This document shows, one piece after another, positions 53,833 to 64,000 of a stretch of DNA of 64,000 nt. Within the stretch, counting starts at the first letter, position 1. Each line of letters starts with the position of its first letter. Made by a program: the position numbers and the translations under genes. The notes below the pieces were generated by a model. The model ran no database searches. It saw nothing but the letters and a program-made list of their open reading frames with translations, and had not been told where the DNA came from. This DNA comes from Lama guanicoe (taxonomy: Eukaryota), in NCBI GenBank assembly GCA_013239625.1, contig MU054187.1, positions 24,988,433 to 25,052,432 on the forward strand, written 5' to 3'.

Positions 53833-54274
53833 CTAACAGAAGGAAGAAGGGGAAACCTTTTTTAAATTTGCCAAGGAGTAAGACCTGATTGATATGTCTC
53901 AAGATCATTTTGATTCTTGAAGGTGATATAATACTTCTGTCCATCAAATTACCAAGATTTTTTTACTTTTCAGTTTAGGAGAGTCAGCCCCATAACTACA
54001 GATGCATATTAAATTTCCCAGTGCTATCCTATGTGGTAATTTAAAAAAATTATTTATCTATATATCTGTAAGATGATTAATCATCAATTTCTCACAACTA
54101 TAATATCTTTTTAAAGGACTGTTAAGTAGGGGGGAGCATTAATTCCCTCTATTTTGATTATGTTGTTTAGGCACATGATACGGAATTTGATGTTCATTGA
54201 AACACTTTGTGAATCCAAGCTAGTGTATTCCTGACTTCATTAGGTGAATTTCTGGGAAAATTTACCCAATGGAA

Positions 54275-55028
54275 ATTTTTTTTTAATTTTTTCATTGAAC
54301 ACTCAGTTACAATGTGTCAATTTCTGGTGTATAGCATAATTTTAAGTCATACATATACATACATATATTCATTGTCATATTCTTTTTTATTATAAGTTAC
54401 TACAAGATATTGAATATAGTTCCCTGTGCTATACAGAAGAAATTTGTTGTTTATCTATTTTACATATAGTAGTTAGTATCTACAAATCTAGAACTCCCAA
54501 TTTATCCCTTCCCACCACGTTTGTTTTCTATGTCTGTGAGTCTGTTTCTGTTTTGTAAATAAGTTTATTTGTGTCTTTTAAAAAAAATTCCATGTGAGTG
54601 ATATCATATGGAATTTTTTTTTCCTCTTTCTGGCTTACTCTACTTAAAAGGACAATCTCCAGGTCTATCCATGTTGCTATAAATAGCATTAGTTATCATT
54701 TTTATGGCTGAGTAGTATTCCATTGTATAAATATACTACAGTTTCTCTAGCCTGTCATCTGTCAAAGGACATTTAGGTTGTTTCCATGTCTTGGCTATTG
54801 CATATAGTTTTCCATAATCGCTGAACCAAACTTCATTCCCACCAACAATGTAGGAGGGTTCTCTTTTTTCCACACCCTCCAGCATTTATGATTTGTGGAC
54901 TTTTGAATGATGGCCATTCTGACTGGTATGAGGTGATACATCATTGTAGTTTTGATTTGCATTTCTCTGATAATTAGCAATATTGAATATTTTTGCATGC
55001 ACCAATTGGCCATTTGTATGTTTTCAAC
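54275..55028 (-). mobile_element. 5'-truncated young L1 with a small internal deletion
   Basis: Same 3' UTR family as 10486-11412; imperfect TSD aatggaaa(a)tt at ~54268 and ~55030; lacks about 130 bp near 54800 relative to that copy. Confidence 0.9.
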
Positions 55029-55600
55029 AAATGGAAAATTATAAATAATGATCATAAGTTTTAACACCATTTTTAGGGGGAAAAAGCCAAATGTGCTCTT
55101 TATTTTCAGACTGGCCCTTAATAGGAAAAAAAAGCCTATAAGTATTGTTTGATTACTGACCAAAAGATAGCTTAAATTTAGCAAAATCTATTGAAATCTT
55201 TTATACAAGTCTCCATTTTATGTGTAAGCACAAGGAGAAGATTTGAGTATGTGTCAATAATTAGAATGAAATAGAATATTTGGGACCTGTTTGTAATTAT
55301 TTGAGCCCTCCCCATAGAACACCTCTACACCAGGTGACTTGAAACACAGAGAGGGTACTTCCAATTTATACATCAAAAAATTCAAGGGAACTTATCAATG
55401 GCTAAGGTTAGATGCTAACAAGCAGCCTCCAGTAAGAAAGGCAAAAAGTCTGAGAGCCTAGGCTTTGAGTCTGCCACTCTGGATTTACATCTTAGCCCTG
55501 CTGTTTATAGGCTTTGTGACACTCAGTATATCTGTTCACTTCTTTTGTCTTAGTCTCCTTGATGGCACACAAATACCAGCATTATAGTGTTGTGGTTAAA

Positions 55601-56345
55601 CAGGTCTGGCTGCATAATTTGTGGGACTGAGTACAAAATGAAATTGTGAGACCTTTGTTCAATAAACAAGAAAAAATGTCATTTAAGATACTTAATGGTC
55701 ACAATAATTTTTACTTGTTTACTTTACTTTACCTGAGTTGTGCTCTTTTGCATGGGGATTCACTTCTCCAGAAAGCTCCCTTCCTATGGCCTCCTGCCCC
55801 AACTCAACATGGACTGGAGAGCCCCAGTGGATTGCAAACTGTGCCCCAAGATGTGCTCAGTACCTGGATCAGGGATGGGAAGGGCTCAAAATTCACTCAC
55901 AGAATGTGCCATGGCACTGGCAGCCTAAGGCTGCTGCCATATCCTGCTTGGAGATACCAAAAGATGTATGCCTGACCCTGCCCAATCTTGTATGAGTTTA
56001 AAACACATTGGCTTCCAATTGCCTGAGCACAGTCTAATCAGCTAGCCCCAGGTAGGGGTGGAGGATGACAGCAATGGCTGGGCAGGTGTCTGATGCCAGC
56101 AGTGGGTGAAGGCATGGCCAAGAACCTATCCCAGGGAAGAAAGAATATTGCTAGGGCTACCACATGAGCTGAAGCCATACATATGCCACTCTCCCACAGA
56201 CTTCACTTAAATACAAAATTTCAAAATTGAAATGATTAAGCATTTCATGTAGGCTACTGCAGAACATTCAATGTCAAGCCTGGGCCCTTCTCAGTGCTGG
56301 AACCTGTGCAACTAGACTAGCTGCACATCCATGAACTTGACTTCA
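55601..56345 (-). mobile_element. MER45-family hAT-Tip100 element inserted in a MIR
   Basis: Ends caggtctggctgcataatttgtggg...caaaatgaaa and tgggcccttctcagtgctgg...gctgcacatccatgaa; MIR-like pieces on both sides. Confidence 0.7.
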
Positions 56346-57049
56346 GGGTTGAATGATACAGTGCTTTAAAAACTCATGGCACACAGGAGATTATAGAGCC
56401 ATGTATTGTTGCTGGAGGACAATGCAGGTCAAGATGACACACAATATTATAATGAAATATTTTACAGAGTTAAAAATAAATTTTAAAAAATTTAAATGCT
56501 TTGAGTCTTATCTTCATCTAAGACCCTTCTACCAATGATGCAGCTTTCTTTGTAAAAGCTTAGAGGCTGGATAACCTGAAATGAAACACACATTGGTCAG
56601 TGCATGCAAAAGACGGGCATCTCCCAATAAGGTCTTAGGACTTGAAGAACACAGGTAGCACCAGTAATGATAGAACTGTGCTCAAATAGCACTTTTTATG
56701 TAACTCAGCATAAAAGCAAGTAGAAGAGCTTGATTTTAGTGTTGTGGTATGAATAAGCCATAATTGGAAGTTTGATCATAGTGGGAGGTAGCATGGGGCT
56801 GGATTATAAAGTCCATTGAGGGGTTTATTGTTCTGTGATTGGCACAAGCATACAAACAGCCTGTCAAAATTCCTCTGGGGATGAGGACACTCATCAAGTT
56901 AAGTCAACATCCATACAAATGTGTCTTAGGGAAAGTGAAGGGTGCCAGAGAGTTAACAGCCACCTATGGAATAAGCCACCCCAGAATCATTGGAGGGAGG
57001 ACAACCAGGTCCTAGCCAGTGAAGATCTTGGGGGGAATATTTGGATTCA

Positions 57050-57570
57050 TGCTTAACTTCTAGTGGTGTCCTACATGCAGACTGACCTTTTTAAAACATA
57101 AATATCATGCTGTCACCACCCTGTTTGAAATCTGTCAACCTCCAGTTGCCTGAGAATAGTCCAAACATATTAAATTGCCTACAAGTTCCTTCACAATCAG
57201 TCTTTGCCCCTTCACTCCACTCCACCTGATCTTCCCTCTCATCAATTGGCTCTTGCTCTTCTTGTCAGGAACATTCTCTCAACCACCGTCCTCCCCTTTC
57301 TCAATGACTTCTCACAGCCTTTTAATTCTTAACTTACACATCACTTCTTCAGGGAACAAGGTCTTCCCTTAACTCAGGTAGGGTGAGTTTCCTCCTCTGC
57401 GTTCCAGTGCACTTTAGAAGCCTCTGATCAGAACACTTTAATATTGTCTCAGTTGTGCTACAAGAAGCAGAGATCAAATCCATCCCAATCATATTTCTAT
57501 CCTCACTCTCTAGAACCTGACACCTAGGAGGTTCTCAGTAACTTTTGGTAGAATAAATGAACCAATAAAT
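57050..57570 (+). mobile_element. L2 fragment
   Basis: catgctgtcaccaccctgtttgaaatc...; ends gacacctaggaggttctcagtaacttttggtagaataaatgaa. Confidence 0.65.
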
Positions 57571-58078
57571 GCTCTTTCCCTGCAGTGCAAGAAGTATAAA
57601 AAAGCTCAGTCTATACATGACTAACACAGATATACATATTTCTTGTACTGTTCTAGGTAGGGTGACATACTAGTAAAATACGTGATGCAGATGTGGACAC
57701 AGCCCTCTTCTGGAGCTGGGCTGGGTCATTCTGTTGTCAAGTATTGGAACTTAGAGTCATAGACGTGTTTTAAAAGATCAGTATAAGTTGAGCTACAAAT
57801 AAACAGTGCATTAGATAAAGCCTGAGTCAAAAAAATAGAGCAAGAGATAGTTCTAGATGTGCTCAATATGTTTGTTGAATGAATGTCTTTTTTCATGTCC
57901 CTCTAAGCTGGTGACAATTTCTGAGGTTTCTATCCAAGCTTCTCAGAAAGACATTTTGGGATAAGACTGCAGAGTTAAAGAGCTGTTTTAAGAACATGTA
58001 GCTTTCATATTGACATGCTTAACTACTCCCATGTGAGAGAGTAAGTGACAAGAGCTATGAGGTTAGGCTGGCTCAGAT

Positions 58079-58622
58079 TATAACAGAGGAGAACAAATCT
58101 GACTCTATATTGGCTCTGTTCCTTTAGTTTTAACCACTGTTCCCTGTTTTCCAGCTCAGTCTTGCCAGCTCTGCACCTTTTGTAAAACAATGTTGCCTTT
58201 AGCCTGAAATATACAGGAGAGCCTATTCTCCAGGCCCTGACCTTTAAGGATGTTAGCGCTTCTGCACTTATGTAGAGATGGCAATTTGCAAAATAGAGAA
58301 TAACATTTGTTTTGTTGGAGGTTTACAGGGACACCATGGCCTGACCCACATGGACGGCTGCAAGAACAAAGAATTCCTACACCAAGAAGTTTGCAACAGC
58401 CAACCACACTCCCTCCCCTGTTTTGCTTGTTTGTTTGTTTGTTTGTTGTATAATAGGAACCTGTATTCTGACTGGAGCAGAATGGGTCTCCAAGGCATTA
58501 GTCTGCCATCCTCTCGGTCTGCCGGCTTTCCGAATAAAGTCGCTATTCCTTGCCCCAACACCTCATCTTCTGATTTATTGGTCTGTCATGTGGCGAGCAG
58601 AATGAGTTTGGGCTTAATAACA
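58079..58622 (+). mobile_element. ERV1-type solo LTR, copy 4
   Basis: Colinear with copy 2, with an internal (TTTG)n; TSD agat/ggat. Confidence 0.9.
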
Positions 58623-59061
58623 GGATTAGGCCAAGAATTTCAGTTTGATGAGAATGTCTTTCAGGAGCCAATGTGAGGCCTGGAGCAGGGAAGCAATAAG
58701 ATGAAGGTTTCTCCCAGTGTCAAAAGGTTTTAACCACAGTGTCTGTATGAGGAATTAAGAGTGGAGGTGAAATGGAAAAGTTCTAAGAGGAAATGAGAGT
58801 ATTTATCAGCATCCAGGCTTGTGTAAGTTCAGAAATAGTGGTACAAGTTTGGAGACATGCACCAACAATATATCATGGAGACTTTCATCAAAGGCTGCAC
58901 TATATAGAAATGGCCATTGAGTTTCTATGTGAATTTTAACAGTGGATAGCTTAAAAAATCATCTGGTATTTCAAAATTAATTTAATAAATATTTAATAAA
59001 CCTTGTTCTGCATACTAGAAATTCAGCTGTGAATAAGGGAGACATTTATGTACCATTTAAA

Positions 59062-59200
59062 GCAGCACTGGCTGATAGAACTTTCTTCAGTAAAAGAAAT
59101 GGTCTCTAATCTGCATCACCCAATATAATAGATAATAGCCATGTGCGGCTACTGTGTACTTGAAATATGCCTAGTGTGAGTAAGGAACTGAATTTAAAAT
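59062..59200. mobile_element. MER3-like hAT-Charlie fragment
   Basis: gatagaactttcttcagt...tagccatgtgcggctactgtgtacttgaaatatgcctagtgtgagtaaggaactgaattt. Confidence 0.75.
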
Positions 59201-61829
59201 CTCAATCTTGTTTATAAGTCCAAACTCTGCAGGATGGCCAATATAGGCCTCCTTTCTCACATCTCATCCCTGGCATTGTCAATGCAAAGACTTAAAGAAA
59301 TATTTGTGGTTTCCTGGCAAACCAGCCCTTAATTTTCCTTTGTGTCTTTAGACATTAAGTTCCTTTTGCCTAAGGTGAACCAGTGCCCACCAACATTTCC
59401 ACCCCCAGACCTCCTTGCCTGGCTACTTCTATTTCCAGTAGGAAACATGGTCTCCCCCAAATCCTTCAGTCAGTTCTAATAGAACTCCATGCATATTTCT
59501 ACATGACGCTTAACATCATGTGATATTTTTTAGAATAGAGAGATCATGGAACAGAGTGGGTGATGACACAAACTTTGGGATCAAATTTCCTGGATTCAGG
59601 CACTCAGGGATTTAGTGATAAGTGATTCATCTTCTTATTTTGTAAATGTTATTCACCAAAGGCATATATAATTACCAATCCAAAACTAATATAATTCTTG
59701 CCAAAAAGCATAGAAATGTAACAGTTTTAATAGGCTTTATTGCTTCATCAAGCATGAGTGAGTATTTTTGATGAGAACTTTTGAGTTATTGACTCATGAC
59801 CTCATCACTGCTCTTGGGGAGCCTTAGCTATTGTGGAGAAAAAAAAATCACAAGTTAAATTTCTATTGTTCTAAACTTGTGTGCTAACAGTTTCTAGTTC
59901 AGAAGAAATTTTCAAAAGTAAATAACTTTACTTTTTCCTTAACTTTAAATTATTTACTTTTGAAAATTGCTTTTGTTCTATTCGAACAAATGAAGGCATT
60001 CATGAGTAAATAAACCAGGCAATTTGCTCCAAGGTGGGTACCTGAGAAGCTTTTTCTTTGTTCACTGGAGACCAAGTGGAACTCTTAACATTGTGAGAAG
60101 TTGGTTAAGATGCAGTTTCAGATGGCTCTTGAGAAGATGGGAAATCAATATTATTCCCTATTATTTTTACCATAAAGAACCTTTATTTTTGGAGTTAATT
60201 GTACTGGTGCTATTACTGAAATATTCCCACAATGTACTTTGTAAATAGTTGGAGTACAAATAAATATATATTCAAATATTAACTCCTACTCAAACTCATT
60301 CTATTTCACCTTAGCTGAACTATGTTTATTTTTGAAGACACATGAAGCATTCTTACTTTATTGTTTGTGTTATTACCAACAGGAAAATTTTACTCCCCAA
60401 CATAATATTTCAGGTTGTGTCTTCAAATCACACTGCCATATTGCCACTACTGTTTCAGTTTTGTTGTTGCAGTTTTATGGTTTACACATTTAGATATTTT
60501 ATTAATTTATCTTAACCTTGGGTGAAAATTCTGTGAATGAGCCAATGAATATAGTGACAAATGGGAATTCTTAAAAATAAATAAATAAACCCTTGATTTT
60601 ATAGTGGCGCATACACACACACAAAATATATGATGAGTGTTGCTCCTTTTACTTGATGAGAATACATGGACTGGGGCATTTTGAAGTTTGATCATATTTT
60701 GGTAGTAGTGGTCTTGTACAGAGTTAATGGAAAGTCACTCAGATTATCTTTAGAGTTTATAGTGAGGAAATTGGCTCAAAATCACTCTGTTTTGATGGCA
60801 GCCCTGGGATTAGAACTGAGGTCTTCTGATTTTCAGTGCAGTGCTTGGGCCACATTGAGAATAACTGTTTACATAAAGTTTGGTATACAAAACACAATAA
60901 AACCTAAACAAATCTCATCCTTACAACATGAAGATACACAGTTAAAGAGGTGCTTCAGGAAGACACCCCGGAAAGGTTTAGAGAGCTCTGGATGATGGTT
61001 TTGAAAAAGGTAGATTTCCCACCAGTTAACTAATAGATCTAAAGAGAGTTTACTCCCAGTAGAAGAATTAAATAATGTAGGTGGATGATGGAAGTGATTG
61101 GGTTCTGCTACTTTTACCATTTATGTCATTACTTGCTTTATTTTCCATTTCAATTCTCATTTCCCCATCATAGTTTTCCTCTTCCTTGATGTGTAAGGTA
61201 TCTATCTGCCTTTCTGAAATTGCCTCTCAATGTTCTTTTTTCCCCTAAATGTTTCATCTCAGCCTTCAAGCTCAAATTGTACATTTCAGAAGTCTTTCTG
61301 ATGGTATTAAACCATGGTAGTCTCTTCTACCTATGAAAGGTCAAACCCTACTATTTACACCAATTTTAACTTGTAAAAATTAACAGTCCACTAGTTTTTA
61401 ACAGTTCATGTTTTAATGTGTGTTTCTCTTAATTGCTTATAAGCCCCTTAAAGACCAAATTCATGTATCCCCCAATTGTTTTTGTAGTAGATATATTGAG
61501 TTACAGAAAAAGAAGTCAATTAATATATAAATATTGACTAACTCTTGATAAAATGAATGTAAAATGTGACCATTTGCATGTGCAATACTATCTAAAATAT
61601 TTATAGCATGATAAATTATATTACAACTATTTAGATTTCACTGTGAGTTTAATTATCCATTCTATTTGAGTAACAGTTCCCAGAAACCATGATCATTCAC
61701 TCTTCATGATCAATAATAGTTTATGAAATGACCTTTGTCTGGTGAGGGCTTGGTTCTTTCAATGACTTCCTCCCCTGTACACCAGTTCATGGGAATCACA
61801 TCAACAAGGGTCGCTGATCACCCAAACTC

Positions 61830-62462
61830 TGGTGTATTTGTTTTCTATGCTTCATAACAAATTACCATGAATTTGTGGCTTAAAGCAATATACATTTATT
61901 ATCTCAAAGTTTTCATGGGCCGTGAGTCCATGTATGAATTAACTTTCTGCTCAGTGTTTCATGGAGGTGTGATCAAATTATCAGCCACTTTGCATGCCCA
62001 TCTGGAGCTCAGAGTTATGTTCTAAGCTCAATTAATTTGTTGGCAGAATTCAGTTTCTTGTGAAACTGAATTTTTAGGACTGAGGCTTTCATCTTCTAGA
62101 GGCTGCCCCTCTCTGTAGGAAGATCACAACACGGCTCTTTTTTTTAAGACCAACAGGAGACCATCTGTGATCTCCAGATCTTTTAAAGACCCACTTTACT
62201 AAGTCAGGTTTACCCAGGACAACCTCCTTTTGATTAACTTAAAGTCACTTATTAGGGACTTCACTTATGGCTACAAAAATCACTTCACATTTGCCATATA
62301 ACATACCCTACTTAAGGGAGTGACTACTTTGTAACTTTTCTCATATTCCATTAGTTATAAGCAATATAGTTCTCTTGGGGACAGTATTTTGCCTGCCTTC
62401 AAGGGAGGGGATTATGTAACAGTATGATTCATTAGGGTTAACCCTAGGATGTGTCTGCCACA
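61830..62462 (-). mobile_element. MaLR LTR (MLT1-type)
   Basis: tgtatttgttttctatgcttcataacaaattacca...gttggcagaattcagtttcttg...; ends gtctgccaca. Confidence 0.82.
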
Positions 62463-62924
62463 TTTGGCTTTGGAAATGCTTTAAGTTTCATTCCAACATA
62501 TTAGACCTGTTCATATATTTACACAGCAACCACTTCTTATTTTGCATTATTTGGACATGACACAATAGCTCTGGACTCTACAATTTTATTGACAAGAAAC
62601 CTTATAGATTTTTTCTATAGATTTTTATAGTAAGTCATTCTTAGACTTCATGTTATAAAACTAAAGACAACCTAAGCCTCTAAGACACTGTCAAGCTGAC
62701 CCACTTGTATTTCTAATTTTGCCTGGGAATCAGATAACACATCTGCTATAGGTCAACTACCATGTCTGATGCCACAGTGAACACTAAGAGGAACAAGACT
62801 TATTCTCAATGAGCTTTCAGTCTAGTAGGAGAAACAGATGTGAAAAGATAAATTCAATAAAATGCTATGTAGAGGAATAGTAGAGGAAGCAACTGAGTAC
62901 AAGAGAGAGCACAGCTGAAAGACT

Positions 62925-63070
62925 GTCTCTCAATATCTCCATTTATAGATAAAGAGACTAAGATTTAGAAGTTAAGTAACTTGCCAAAGGTCACATTATT
63001 AGTAATTAGCAGTCTTGGAGTTGAAGTTAGAAAATCTGTGTCCAGAACCTCTGAATTGAAACATCATACT
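62925..63070 (-). mobile_element. MIR SINE
   Basis: tctccatttatagataaagagactaagatttagaagttaagtaacttgccaaaggtcaca. Confidence 0.8.
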
Positions 63071-63159
63071 AAGCATAAGTTGTGCAATTCCAATAGGAAG
63101 TGGAAAGTAACATTTAAATCATATAAAAATAAAATATTTAAAATAAAAAAGTAACTTAT

Positions 63160-64000
63160 TTTCTCCTGGGAAACAGAATTAATCATATGCAAAGGAATGA
63201 AACTTGATGCCTATTTCACAACATATACAATAATTAACTCAAAATGAATCAAAGATCTAAATGCAAGATACAACTCTTAGAAGAAAACATAGGCTAAGTC
63301 ATTGTGACTTTTAAATATGATAATAAAGCACAAGCAACAAAAGAAAAAATAGAAAAGTTAAATTTAATCAAAATTAAAAACTGTTGTCCTTCAAATGACA
63401 CCATCAAGAAGGCAAAAAACAACCTCCAGAATGGGAGAAAATTTCCATAAATTATATCTCTAATAAGAGACCTGTATCTAGAATATATAAAGAACACTTG
63501 CAACTTAATAATAAAAGACAAAAACTCAATTAAAAAATGGGCAAAGGACATATCCCCCAAGAAGATATACAAATATCCAATAAGCAAATAAAAAGATGTT
63601 CAACATCATTTGGTACCAGGGGAATGTAAATTAAAACCACAATGAGAGTTTATTTTAGATCCACCCAAATGGCGATAATCAAAAAGACAAATAATAACAA
63701 ATGTTCACTGGGATGTGGAGAATTCCTCATAGACTTCTAGTGAGAATTTAAAATGGTGCAACAATTTTGGTGAACACATCTGGCAATTCCTAAAGTGATT
63801 GAACACAGAGTTACTGCAGGATACAGAATTTCCATTCCTAGAGAAAGAAGAGATTATACCAAGAGAGTATACCAAGAGAAGTAAAAACGCATGTCTAATA
63901 AAAACTTATACATGGATGTTCAAAGGAGCATTATTTATAATAACCAAAAGTGAGAACAATCCAAATGTTCATCAACTGATGAATGAATATATAAAATGTG
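63160..64000 (+). mobile_element. L1M ORF2 3' region (continues beyond the window)
   Basis: aattaactcaaaatgaatcaaagatctaaatg...aaatgggcaaaggaca...ttaaaaccacaatgag; ORF 63294-63587 is its antisense. Confidence 0.9.

Noticed and set aside
55646..55995. GC-richer overlapping ORFs as an exon
   Set aside because: They lie inside the MER45-like DNA transposon.
58156..58676. Similar ORFs at 37860, 43614, 49204 and 58156-58676 as a small gene family
   Set aside because: They are chance frames in homologous LTRs, with starts and stops not conserved between copies.
60869..61120. FRGVFLKHLFNCVSSC as an LRR/LRRIQ3-like motif naming the host gene
   Set aside because: The resemblance is short, and I found no following LRR-coding exons, so no name can be assigned.

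Overview
AT-rich, CpG-depleted eutherian mammal DNA. The young L1 3' UTRs and the absence of Alu, Bov-tA, PRE1 or Can-SINE elements suggest a camelid (inference, not proven). The window is dominated by transposable elements: young and old L1s, L2, L3/CR1, MIR, MaLR/ERVL LTRs, hAT elements, a near full-length Tigger1 (18883-21263), and four solo LTRs of one ERV1-type family within 21 kb. The only protein-coding relative I recognise is a 5'-truncated, frameshifted processed pseudogene of PCED1A (minus strand, ~43989-44683). Most ORF-track entries are repeat-derived or random. Several splice-site-bounded, stop-free, often CpG-retaining segments in unique sequence on the minus strand may be exons of an unidentified host gene or decayed gene; this is low confidence. 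I see no evidence for a novel prokaryote-type system. Boundaries of old repeats are approximate and family names come from memory of consensus sequences, not from a search.
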